NCBI RefSeq assembly: GCF_000829235.1
Contig: NZ_AP012549.1
Location: 1,260,001-1,292,000 of the forward strand
DNA: 32,000 nucleotides
Reading direction: 5' to 3'
Source: a cyanobacterium endosymbiont of Epithemia turgida isolate EtSB Lake Yunoko
Lineage (GTDB): Bacteria; Cyanobacteriota; Cyanobacteriia; Cyanobacteriales; Microcystaceae
Made by a program: the position numbers and the translations under genes. Shown here one piece after another: positions 1-9,257 of this stretch. The notes under the pieces are model-generated. The model was not told where the DNA came from. It did no database searches and was given only the letters and a program-made list of their open reading frames with translations. The stretch's first letter is position 1; the number at the start of each line of letters is the position of its first letter.

Positions 1-402
1 TGGAGGGATAATCGTTTCAATGATGTATTGATAACTTTGATTATGCATTCCTTCTTGGGAAATTTGTTCCGCCATACAGAGGCTAACTTCCGGTGCTGTT
101 ACACTACTTTTAAGGTGTGGAATATTACAGGTTTGAATCGAATCTAAAAAGGTAAGATAAGCTAAAATTCCTTCGTAAGCATACCGTTCATCACTAGTTA
201 AATTCGTGTAGTCTGTCACATCTTGGGTAATATCTAGCCGTTGGGGAATCCAGAAGTTCTCCCTCATTTGTTGATATAAACTTACCGTCCACGGAAACCT
301 AACATCATTAAGTTGCATTAGATTTGTTGTGTTACCAAACCAAATAGAACGGTTTTCTATAGTATCATCCCCATCCGGATTAAAAATAGGGTTGATGGGC
401 AT
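1..402 (-). CDS. nrdB: Class I ribonucleotide reductase beta (small) subunit, N-terminal 134 codons; the gene continues off the left edge
   Basis: Absent from the ORF track because it runs off the window. My reverse-strand translation from the ATG at 402 reads MPINPIFNPDGDDTIENRSIWFGNTTNLMQLNDVRFPWTVSLYQQMRENFWIPQRLDITQDVTDYTNLTSDERYAYEGILAYLTFLDSIQTCNIPHLKSSVTAPEVSLCMAEQISQEGMHNQSYQYIIETIIPP. It has the R2-type FWxP..LD, FLDSIQ and E-x-x-H-x-x-SY di-iron ligand motifs. It lies downstream of nrdA on the same strand. Confidence 0.85.
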   Translation of the reverse strand, partial: MPINPIFNPDGDDTIENRSIWFGNTTNLMQLNDVRFPWTVSLYQQMRENFWIPQRLDITQDVTDYTNLTSDERYAYEGILAYLTFLDSIQTCNIPHLKSSVTAPEVSLCMAEQISQEGMHNQSYQYIIETIIPP

Positions 403-1091
403 TTGTCTAGGCAATTTAGTATTAGTTATTATCATAGTGTAATTAAATTAATATACAATTTTTTATGTACAACTAAGCCTATCGTATTATAATTTTACAT
501 AAAAATCAGTTAATTGAATCCCCAAAATCTAATTTTTATTTTATTTTTATAATTTTATTGATTTATATGTTAATTTAACCTAAATAGGGTTTTAAATAAA
601 GAATTAGATGAATCTAAAAAAAATTCCTGACAATACAATGAGATAATCCTATTTTATTGGCAATATCTTAAAAAAATTCTAGATTGTGCTCAATCTTTCA
701 ATAGTATCTAAAAATATATTTATGACATTTAAAATATTTAATTGCTTAATATCTTTTTCAATTATTTATGTATTCAATATTTTTGATGAAATCTTAACAA
801 ATTTCATTTAGATAATTTTTGAACAATTTTATTTAGGTAGATAATATATATCCATAACTTTTTTGAGAAAAGATATGAATATATATAATAAAAATTTTAA
901 AAGATAAATATGTTTCTAAATACACTTTTTTAGCTTTTCAATTTTTTTCTATTTATTAAATTAGATCAAGAAGATTGAATTGTATTATATTTTTATAACC
1001 AAAGACAGTGGTCCTTAGTATTTAAACTAAGATTTATAATCTTCTTTTAAATACATAGAAGAACGCAATCTTTTGTCTCGATTAAGATTAA

Positions 1092-3404
1092 TCAATTTGC
1101 ACAAGTGGAACAACCACTATCATACTCTTTAAAATCATCTTTTTGAACAGTTCTAACATAATAAACTGCTTTACAACCTTCTTGCCAAGCTAATACTAAA
1201 GTGTTAAAGATATCCTTAGCATTAATGGTGCGTTCTGGTTCATGGGGAAAATAAACACCTTGATTCAAATTAAACAATAATTCCATAGAAATACCTGTAT
1301 CGATCCACTGCTGTATTTGCCCTACAGCTCTCACTACTTTTTGTTGATCTAAGGTTTTATTTTCAGAGTAAAACCAAAAATATTTTTCAATAAATGGTGG
1401 GGCAACGGGAACAGTTCCTTTTGCCCATTTATCATAAAAGAAACGACTATAAACTGGAAGAATACTAGCTGTACATCCTTGAACTAAAGAAGAGGAGGTA
1501 TTAGGGGCAATTGCAGTAATATGTGAGTTACGAATTCCATAGGTTTGAATATCTTCCGATAACTGTTTCCAACGCTCTTTATGGGTGGCATTTTCTAAAA
1601 ACCATTCTACTGGTTTTGCCCCAATTAACTTACCTTGATGCCATTCACTTCCCACAAAAGCCTGATATGGTTGTCTCTCCTTGGCTAACTCCATAGAAGC
1701 GTGAGTACACCAGTAACTAAATTCTTCAAACAACTGATTAATTTTCGTCAACTGATCATAGGACAGATGGTTCTTTGCCAACCAGTCTGCTAAGCCCATA
1801 CAGCCGATTCCAATAGTACGATATTTATCATTGTGGGCTTTTGCCTCATCAAAAGGACTATTCGTAATATCAATGGTATTGTCTAAAATCCTAACAGCAA
1901 CAGCACAAATATACTTTAGATCCTCGGTATCAAGATTTGCTAAATTCAAGGAGACAAGATTACAAGAATGTGACTCTTTTCCAGAGGAAACATTACTAAA
2001 GGATTCAGTGCATAAATTTACTCCAGGAATATACCCTTCATGTTTATTAGGGTTAGCACGGTTAATGGTATCTTTAAAGGCTAAATAGGGCATTCCCGTT
2101 TCTACTTGTAATCGCATAATTGTCTTAAATAAGTCACGGGCTTGAATACGCTTATAAAGAGTTATTTCCTTGCCTAATTTTTGCTCAATTATTTGATAAG
2201 CTTCCTCAAATTTTTCTCCCCACAAGTCAGCTAATTCTATGCCCAATTTAAGCCTAACCTCGTAGGGATCTACTAATGTCCATTCGTGTTTACTCATCAC
2301 CCGACGCATAAATTCGTCAGTCAAAATCAACTGAGGAAAGACATCATAAGCTTTACGCCTTTGATCTCCATTTTCCGTCTGTATTTCTAAAAATTCGGGA
2401 ACGTCTAAATGCCAAATATCTACCCCAACGGTGACAGCCCCCGCCCTTCTACCGCCTTGATTGACGGCGATCGCAGTATCGTTAAGTAATTTAATCCAGG
2501 GAATAATTCCTCCAGAAGCGTTGGCTTTTTTCATTACCCAACTGCCAGTAGCCCGAATTCGGCTGACATTTACCCCAACTCCACCTCCATTCTTCGAAAT
2601 TCTAGCAGTGTTAGTTATTTCTGTAAAAATACTCTCTAAATTATCATCAATAGATATAATAAAACAACTCGTCAAGGATCCCCCAGGAGTTCTAAGATTA
2701 GCTAGGATCGGGGTAGCTAAAGAAATTTTACGAAGGGCGATCGCTTCATAAAACCGTTGCGCCCAAACTAATCTATTTTGGGGACTTTCTACTGTCGCCA
2801 ACAATAACGCACAAGTTAACAAAGCTTCTTGGGGAAGTTCATCTGGTAACAGATAACGTCCCGTCAAAAGTACCGCCCCAGCATAATCATAGTCTGTATC
2901 CCACTCAGGATTAATCCAACTGCCAGCTTTCTTTAATTCTTCACTAGAATAAGCAAGTATCCTAGGATCGTAAGCTTTAGACTCTACCTTCATCCTAACG
3001 GTTTTATCATAGTCACCATATTGGTAGCCTCGACTGACGAGAATATCTTTCCATAAGCTCCAAATATGAAGTCTTCCTGCTACATAACGCCAACTCGGTT
3101 CATCGGGACTACACATTTCTAAAGCGCAGTTAATTAAATTATTTTGAATTTCTCTGGTAGTAATTCCGTGACGTAAGCGAGTTTTTAGTCCTGCTTCCAA
3201 GGCGATGGAATTGAGGTTATGACCTTTACAAGCCCAATCCACCACCTCCCGAATTTTTCCAATATTGAGAGAAGTCCAAGATTTATCGCGGCGAATAACA
3301 TGAATTTTACTAGTTCCAAAATTAACGGGGTTTTCTTTAGTTAAAGAAGATTGATGGTGGATTACTTGAGAAGGCTCAGAAGAGGTTATGACAGTTGGCT
3401 GCAT
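1092..3404 (-). CDS. nrdA: Class I ribonucleotide reductase alpha (large) subunit
   Basis: 770-aa ORF. Contains the conserved core SCFIISIDDNLESI...NGGGVGVNVSRIRATGS, the active-site NLCTE, and a C-terminal redox cysteine pair (CSTCAN). An R2 gene follows on the same strand. Ends in TGA. Confidence 0.9.
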   Translation of the reverse strand: MQPTVITSSEPSQVIHHQSSLTKENPVNFGTSKIHVIRRDKSWTSLNIGKIREVVDWACKGHNLNSIALEAGLKTRLRHGITTREIQNNLINCALEMCSPDEPSWRYVAGRLHIWSLWKDILVSRGYQYGDYDKTVRMKVESKAYDPRILAYSSEELKKAGSWINPEWDTDYDYAGAVLLTGRYLLPDELPQEALLTCALLLATVESPQNRLVWAQRFYEAIALRKISLATPILANLRTPGGSLTSCFIISIDDNLESIFTEITNTARISKNGGGVGVNVSRIRATGSWVMKKANASGGIIPWIKLLNDTAIAVNQGGRRAGAVTVGVDIWHLDVPEFLEIQTENGDQRRKAYDVFPQLILTDEFMRRVMSKHEWTLVDPYEVRLKLGIELADLWGEKFEEAYQIIEQKLGKEITLYKRIQARDLFKTIMRLQVETGMPYLAFKDTINRANPNKHEGYIPGVNLCTESFSNVSSGKESHSCNLVSLNLANLDTEDLKYICAVAVRILDNTIDITNSPFDEAKAHNDKYRTIGIGCMGLADWLAKNHLSYDQLTKINQLFEEFSYWCTHASMELAKERQPYQAFVGSEWHQGKLIGAKPVEWFLENATHKERWKQLSEDIQTYGIRNSHITAIAPNTSSSLVQGCTASILPVYSRFFYDKWAKGTVPVAPPFIEKYFWFYSENKTLDQQKVVRAVGQIQQWIDTGISMELLFNLNQGVYFPHEPERTINAKDIFNTLVLAWQEGCKAVYYVRTVQKDDFKEYDSGCSTCAN

Positions 3405-3518
3405 CGTTGGTGTGAACTATTTAAAAACGAACATAAACTGAAGCAATAAAATTGACATTTTTGTACTATTTATTGTACTTAATCTTATGTCAATAATTGA
3501 GAATACAGTTCTGTTTAT

Positions 3519-3566
3519 ACCACATATATAGTGTGAGTGCTAAGCATTTTACTCTATATATGGATA
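3519..3566. promoter_or_regulatory. Candidate tandem NrdR boxes upstream of nrdA
   Basis: Two TATATA-cored 16-mers: accacatatatagtgt (3519-3534) and actctatatatggata (3551-3566). Their starts are 32 bp apart and they lie 115-160 bp upstream of the nrdA ATG. Against the NrdR-box consensus acaCwAtATaTwGtgt I count 13/16 and 11/16 matches. Box 1 has a CAC-N7-GTG core rather than N8, so the match is imperfect. Confidence 0.35.
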
Positions 3567-3726
3567 TATGTAGATCTATAGGGATAAATATTACAACTCT
3601 TAATCTAAAATGTTAATCAACTAATTCGGATAAAATCTGTAGTACAGAAATTGCCTACTTATCTGAGTATTTTTGTTTTATTCACACTATTCAATAATTC
3701 TTCTTTTAAGCAATGCCAACTATAGG

Positions 3727-3951
3727 CTAATATTTGTCTTGATAATCACGAATCATCGCCTGAGTTTCTTGTCCTAATCTTCCTCTATTATCCACTTTAG
3801 AAACTAGCTTAAAAAGCTGTTCTGTCAAGTCTACACTTGGTAAACTCTCTCCTGATTTTTCTATTGTTTTTTTACCTAATCATAAATCTTTCAAAAGACA
3901 TTTGATAGCGAATCCTGGATTATAGTCACCTTCAACAATCTTTCTTTGCTC
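3727..3951 (-). pseudogene. C-terminal remnant of a beta-hydroxyacid dehydrogenase (3-hydroxyisobutyrate/6-phosphogluconate dehydrogenase family) with an in-frame TGA
   Basis: Reverse-strand frame reads (E)QRKIVEGDYNPGFAIKCLLKDL*LGKKTIEKSGESLPSVDLTEQLFKLVSKVDNRGRLGQETQAMIRDYQDKY-stop. This fits the family pattern D(F/Y)xPGFxxxLxxKDLxLAxxxAxxxGxxLP...G.G..D.SA.I. The in-frame TGA is at 3880-3882. No Rossmann N-terminus exists upstream. Confidence 0.5.
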
Positions 3952-3970
3952 CTAACTAAGTTGCTTAATG

Positions 3971-4120
3971 TCAAGAACTTGCTGCAGGCTTACCATGGTT
4001 AATAACTTCTTTTTTTTCTAAAATCACTTTTTCCACGTCTTCGGTAACTTTGGTTTGATGAACTAAATCTTTAGTGGTTACATCAACATAATCCCTGGCG
4101 GCAAACAATCGTAACGCCAT
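3971..4120 (-). pseudogene. TetR-family regulator, N-terminal HTH stub only (49 codons)
   Basis: Reverse-strand ORF MALRLFAARDYVDVTTKDLVHQTKVTEDVEKVILEKKEVINHGKPAASS-stop. It aligns by eye to the TetR N-terminal pattern aL.LFa..GY..tT..dI...agVs......F.sKeeL. It stops after about 49 of the roughly 190 aa expected, about 20 nt before the dehydrogenase stub. Confidence 0.4.
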
Positions 4121-4447
4121 CTCGAAAACCCGCGATCACGTGTCCTCTTCTAATCGATAGCTATAATAGATACTCATCTAGGCTATTTGTCTTTAGAACT
4201 TAATTGATTAAGGGAAATTTCTACCAAATATTGTCTTACTAGTGATCTTAAATTAGATAATATAATCAAGACAATCTTAAAGCAGTCGTTCCAAGCATCA
4301 GTGTTAAAGTGATTAAAATGAGGGCTATGATGAATTTAACTTCTGAAAACACTACAAAAAAACTCTTACTATTTTGTTAATACCACTAGTACCCATCGTG
4401 AAGTTATTGAAACGGTAATTAGTAGCCTAGCAGAAAATGAAAGTGCG

Positions 4448-4789
4448 ATGGTTTATCTTTATGATCAAGGTTATCTTATAAAGTTTCAATATGGAAATGT
4501 AGAAGTATATGTCCAGCTTACTGAGGAGACAGATGATGATTTACTAACAGTTTGGGCGGCACTATTGCAACTTCCTGCTGAAGATGAGCAGAGGTTAGTG
4601 CGCAAATTATTAACTATGAACTGGGAAGAAACTTTAGAAACTAAATTTGAAATAATAAATGATAAAATTGTTGTCTTAACCCAACGATCTGTGGCTAATT
4701 GATCCAAAAAAGAGGTTTACCGTGCTATTACTTTGTCATCTACTATTGCTGACGATAATGATGAACTTTTACGAAAAAAATTTGGGTGA
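4448..4789 (+). pseudogene. YbjN/CesT-like (T3SS-chaperone fold) family gene interrupted by an in-frame TGA, possibly also 5'-frameshifted
   Basis: The track ORF 4448-4702 ends ...IVVLTQRSVAN-TGA(4700-4702). The same frame then continues SKKEVYRAITLSSTIADDNDELLRKKFG-TGA(4787-4789), which is the conserved C-terminal helix (..E...A...v...AD..D..L...FG) of this family. Upstream, the frame stays open to 4340 (..THREVIETVISSLAENESA) but has no ATG. ATG ATG at 4327-4332 is in another frame, next to an A7 run. Confidence 0.5.
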
Positions 4790-6375
4790 CGCTCTATTAG
4801 TTATAATTTAATCATTAAATATAGTCAAACAAACTACTATTGGTTCTACCGAACTCGTCATTGAGAATTATTAATACTAATGTCCTAAAAGCTTTATTTA
4901 AAAAATGTTTTAGTTTCTAATAGTTGGCTTGTTATTAACATTATTGGCAAATTAGGCTGTGTTGGAGTCCGGCAGTTTTTTGATATCTTAAGTTCAGTAC
5001 AATACTACTATCTTAATACCTATTATTTTTATGGTGAGTAATATATAAAAATTTTAAAAAATAACTAATCACAATCAATATATACAGTATGTACTACTCG
5101 AATTTATAAAAAAAAATCATAGAATATCGATCATAGTCTATACTTAAAACAATCGAGAATCAAAGACTCAGATTTACTAACTACTCACTTGACACTACTG
5201 AGTCTATTGAAATAGTTAAGAGAGGAATGGAATTAGTAAATTGATACAGTATAACCATCCAATTCTAATAAAAAAAATAACTCAAATATAATCATAAGTT
5301 TGAAAAACGGAAAGTGTATCAATTTCTAATTTCAAGCTTAAAAGACTTAAAATAGCTTACTAATTATAATCTTTACTATAACCTCATTAATATACCCTTA
5401 AAAAGGGGTAAACTAAAGAAGATAAGTAATGAACAATTATTGATTTTAAATAATTCAGTATTGAATGAGTACTCTATCTGTAGTAATAAATCTGAATAAT
5501 ATTTATCCAACTTTTTAAGTATCAACTATAAATTTATCCTAAAAAATATTATTAGTAACAGGATATAATTGTTAATTACTTATATTTTTTGTTTTATGAA
5601 TTTATATTAATAGTCAAAAATTTTTATACACATTGTCAGGAAACAAGCTACCGTTATGTCATTAAAAATGACAACCTTAAAGGACTATTATTGTAAATAA
5701 TAATAAAAAAAACTTAATATTTTTTAGAAAAATTAATCACTAAAATTGCATATTTATTGAATAAAAAATTTATTTATTAGTCAAAATATTATCTTAAATT
5801 AGACTCTCTAAAAAATTAATAAAATAACCTTGAATAAGTAGCAATAGCATTTTTAAAAACTCAAAAAATAAACTATTGCTCTACAGCAATAGCAATTTTT
5901 TAAAATAAATTAAAATATATAAAAATATAAATTTACAATAATTTTTACCTTTATAATTTAAAATTATAACCAAAATTTATTTGTGTGATACATGTAGATT
6001 ATTAATTTCCTAGAGTATACCGGGACTGTTTATGGGACTAAAAGTAAAAAATATAAAATGTATTTTAACTTCTAATTATATATTTTTTTCGTACGTATAT
6101 TTTTCTAAAAACTTGGTTTAAATAACAAAGAGTATATTTAAGTAACAATCAATATATTTATGATTAATCCTTCTAAAGAAGTCCTACTTTAAATAAGTTT
6201 AGAATAACGGTAAATACTTTTGATCTAAAATTGGACTAGAGCTAATATTTTTACCTCAGTGTTACACCATAAATGTTAGACCATGAGCTATTATCTATAG
6301 ATTGAGGGTTAACCGTCAAACCAAAGAAAACTTTATTGTATTCTGGTTATCCCCCGGGAGCTAAAATTCCAACTT

Positions 6376-7335
6376 ATGGACACAATGACTAGCGATAAAA
6401 TCCGATTACGTAACGAATTTATTAATACACAGGTCATCACTCGCAATACAGGTAAAAAGTTAGGTGTTGTCAAGGAAATCTTAGTGGATATAGACCAACG
6501 ACAAGTAGTTGCCCTAGGATTACGAGACAATGTGCTTTCATTGTCGGGAATGCCCCGATATATGTATCTTTCTAGTAGTCATCAGATTGGGGATGTCGTC
6601 CTGGTCGAAGATGAAGACGTGATTAAAACTGTCGATATTGATGCTCATTCTCCTGTTGTGAATTGCGAAGTAATCACTGAAGCAGGAGAACCGCTAGGGC
6701 GAGTTCGAGACTTCGAGTTTAATCTTAAGACCGGAAAAGTGTCCTCTATTATCATTGCTTCTCTGGGGCTACCACAAATTCCTGACCGGTTGATAAGTAC
6801 CTACGAACTCTCTATTGATCAACTAATCAGTAGTGGTCCTAATCGCCTAATTGTGTTTGAAGGAGCAGAAGAGCAATTAATTCAAGTCACAGTAGGAGTC
6901 TTAGAACGTTTAGGTATTGGCCGTCCTCCTTGGGCAAAAGAAGAAGAAGATATTTACTATCCTCCCACCACCCGACCTGAGAACCAACTTGGAACCGGAA
7001 TTCCCGTACGTACTCATACTCCTTTTCAAGAACGACAGTCAGTAATGGAAGAAAGATGGGATGAGGATACTTGGGAGCAGCCCATCGCTACTTCTCCCCC
7101 ACAAAGACAAACTGAATCTATCTGCTACGAAGAATTAGAAGAGGATAACTGGGAAGAAGTCAGGGCTGAACGAACGGCTCGTTACGAACCACCTCGACAA
7201 CAAAGAGAGCATGAATACGATGAAGTCCGGAGGGATGTTTGGGACGATGATGTTGAACTCGAACCTTATAACCCTCCTCGCGTCAATATTCCTCACAAGC
7301 AGAAACAACATAAATACTATGAAGAAGAGGCTTAA
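6376..7335 (+). CDS. PRC-barrel domain protein with an acidic Trp/Pro/Arg-rich C-terminal tail
   Basis: 319 aa. Two PRC-barrel-like segments (VITRNTGKKLGVVKEILVDIDQRQVVALGL and VITEAGEPLGRVRDFEFNLKTGKVSSIIIASLG). The tail is low-complexity with repeated W-acidic motifs (RWDEDTWEQ, EDNWEEV, DVWDDDVE). Confidence 0.6.
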   Translation: MDTMTSDKIRLRNEFINTQVITRNTGKKLGVVKEILVDIDQRQVVALGLRDNVLSLSGMPRYMYLSSSHQIGDVVLVEDEDVIKTVDIDAHSPVVNCEVITEAGEPLGRVRDFEFNLKTGKVSSIIIASLGLPQIPDRLISTYELSIDQLISSGPNRLIVFEGAEEQLIQVTVGVLERLGIGRPPWAKEEEDIYYPPTTRPENQLGTGIPVRTHTPFQERQSVMEERWDEDTWEQPIATSPPQRQTESICYEELEEDNWEEVRAERTARYEPPRQQREHEYDEVRRDVWDDDVELEPYNPPRVNIPHKQKQHKYYEEEA

Positions 7336-7489
7336 GAAGGGTCGAAAGTCAGTATGTATCGCCAAACTTATCTATCACTGTTGAAATTCTTTGCATTTTG
7401 ACAAACTGTGCTAGTATCTTTGGTGAATCGACTGAAGAATTAAAACTTTTTATTCTGAAATCTATTTTAAGTCAAGACTTGGTGTAGGA

Positions 7490-8572
7490 GTGTCCAGGAG
7501 AATGTCAGACGCACAATTGACCCGAAAAAGACCACGAAATCCCTTTGATCCCATTCGCATCGGTATAATTGGGGTAGGCAACATGGGTCAACACCATACT
7601 CGTGTTTTTAGCTTGCTCAAAGATGTAGAATTTGTTGGTGTTTCCGATGTCAACATTGAACGAGGTTTAGATACCGCTAGTAAGTATCGAGTTCGTTTTT
7701 TTGAAAATTATCATGATTTGCTGCCCCATGTTGATGCTGTCTGTATTGCCGTGCCGACACGGTTGCATTACTCAGTAGGAATGGACTGTCTTAAAGCTGG
7801 GGTTCATACCCTTATTGAAAAGCCCATTGCGGCAAGTATTGCTGAAGCTGAATCGTTAGTCAATGCGGCAGCTGAATTTAATGGGATTCTGCAAGTGGGA
7901 CATATAGAACGATTTAACCCAGCCTTCCAAGAGTTAAGTAAAGTTCTCAAAACTGAGGAGTTACTAGCCTTAGAAGCCCATCGCATGAGTCCTTATTCTC
8001 AACGAGCAAACGATGTTTCTGTAGTTTTGGATCTGATGATCCATGACATTGACTTATTACTTGAGTTGGTGGGTGATCGCGTGGTTAAACTGACCGCTAG
8101 TGGTAGCCGTGCTGCAGACTCAGGATATCTTGATTATGTTACCGCCATCTTAGGATTTGCTAATGGCATTGTCGCGACCTTGACTGCTAGCAAAGTGACT
8201 CACCGCAAAGTCCGCCGTCTAGCAGCACATTGTGAAAATTGCCTAACAGAAGCGGATTTTCTTAACAATGAAATTCTAATCCATCGTCAAACCACTGCCA
8301 ATTACACTAGTGATTACGGTCAGGTTCTCTATCGTCAAGATGGACTCATCGAAAAAGTCTACACCAGCAATATTGAACCTCTCCATGCCGAGCTAGAGCA
8401 CTTTGTTCACTGTGTAAGAGGCGGTGATCAACCTTCTGTGGGGGGAGAACAGGCTCTCAGGGCTTTACGCCTAGCAAGTTTAATTGAACAGATCGCCCTT
8501 GATGGTCAAGTGTGGCAACAATCTGACCAAATCTACCAAGAGTTAAATCATTTAGGCATTAGTATTTCTTAA
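7490..8572 (+). CDS. Gfo/Idh/MocA family NAD(P)-dependent oxidoreductase
   Basis: 360 aa. N-terminal Rossmann motif IRIGIIGVGNMGQHH and the LIEKPIA (EKP) motif typical of the family. The track start is GTG 7490; the ATG at 7502 (MSDAQL...) is an equally plausible start. Confidence 0.75.
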   Translation: MSRRMSDAQLTRKRPRNPFDPIRIGIIGVGNMGQHHTRVFSLLKDVEFVGVSDVNIERGLDTASKYRVRFFENYHDLLPHVDAVCIAVPTRLHYSVGMDCLKAGVHTLIEKPIAASIAEAESLVNAAAEFNGILQVGHIERFNPAFQELSKVLKTEELLALEAHRMSPYSQRANDVSVVLDLMIHDIDLLLELVGDRVVKLTASGSRAADSGYLDYVTAILGFANGIVATLTASKVTHRKVRRLAAHCENCLTEADFLNNEILIHRQTTANYTSDYGQVLYRQDGLIEKVYTSNIEPLHAELEHFVHCVRGGDQPSVGGEQALRALRLASLIEQIALDGQVWQQSDQIYQELNHLGISIS

Positions 8573-8591
8573 ATAAGCATTAAATCACTCA

Positions 8592-8619
8592 GTAGGAGTC
8601 AACAACTGTTAACTCCTAC
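8592..8619. terminator. Hairpin between convergent genes (possible bidirectional terminator)
   Basis: gtaggagt (8592-8599) and actcctac (8612-8619) form a perfect 8-bp stem with a 12-nt loop. It lies between the oxidoreductase stop (8572) and the MAPEG stop (8675). The flanking U-tracts are only modest. Confidence 0.3.
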
Positions 8620-8674
8620 ATTAGTCTGTTTGCTAAGACTTTTACGTCATGGCACTCCACAAGAAATACGGTTA

Positions 8675-9091
8675 TTAAAATGTCGCTTGAATTTTAAGGA
8701 AACTTAAAATAAATAAACAATAAGTGCACAGTTGTCCTGTAGCAAACATCAGTGATCTCCCTAAAGGAAAATTGACAATGTAAAAAAAAGAATACAATAA
8801 ACGTGCTACCCCAAACGTAATGGCCGCATAACTAGCTAAAGCTGAATCTACTTCTGTTACATAAGCTATTGATGCTGCACTAGCATAAATCATAAAAGTT
8901 TCGAAAGCATTCTGATGAGCCCAAGTAGCTCGTTGACCATAAGGAGGTAATTTTTCGAGCATAGCTCGGGGAGTAAAGCGATTATATCCAATTTGGAAGC
9001 GGGCATATCCTAGCACTAAAAATGGGACATAAATCAAGATTGACGCGACAAAAATTGAATACAGAACAATGGCACCAACTGACCAATTCAT
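8675..9091 (-). CDS. MAPEG-family membrane protein
   Basis: 138 aa, about four hydrophobic helices, with the motif RATWAHQNAFETF (R-A-x-x-A-H-x-N-x-x-E) characteristic of MAPEG proteins. Confidence 0.55.
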   Translation of the reverse strand: MNWSVGAIVLYSIFVASILIYVPFLVLGYARFQIGYNRFTPRAMLEKLPPYGQRATWAHQNAFETFMIYASAASIAYVTEVDSALASYAAITFGVARLLYSFFYIVNFPLGRSLMFATGQLCTYCLFILSFLKIQATF

Positions 9092-9257
9092 AAATCCCTC
9101 CTAGTTTTGTTTGACTAATATATCCTGTTGCCTAACCGTTTCGAAAAGATCTTTGTCATAATTTCTTAGCCCACTCTAGTCAAATCTTCGCTAATCTATT
9201 AGGGGTAGAGTTACTTTTTTTCTAACATGTTCAATTTTAAGCCAGGAGCCAAGCTCA

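Noticed and set aside
1831-2751. Track ORFs 1831-2088(+) and 2461-2751(+), and similar antisense ORFs elsewhere (4486-4707, 6333-6530, 7135-7365, 7804-7986, 9714-9983, 13438-13635, 21284-21475, 24430-24630, 26531-26752, 27855-28052, 31179-31373).
   Set aside because: Each lies entirely within or against a strongly supported gene on the other strand or in another frame, and each has a low-complexity or unfamiliar translation. They are shadow ORFs.
3880-4702. Two in-frame TGA codons (3880-3882 and 4700-4702) inside otherwise readable frames. Could TGA be reassigned (code 4 or 25)?
   Set aside because: TGA is the terminator of well-conserved, correctly sized genes here (nrdA at 1092, DUF760 at 30284, the small membrane protein at 11347). 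The interrupted positions are not expected to be Trp. Pseudogenisation is the simpler explanation.
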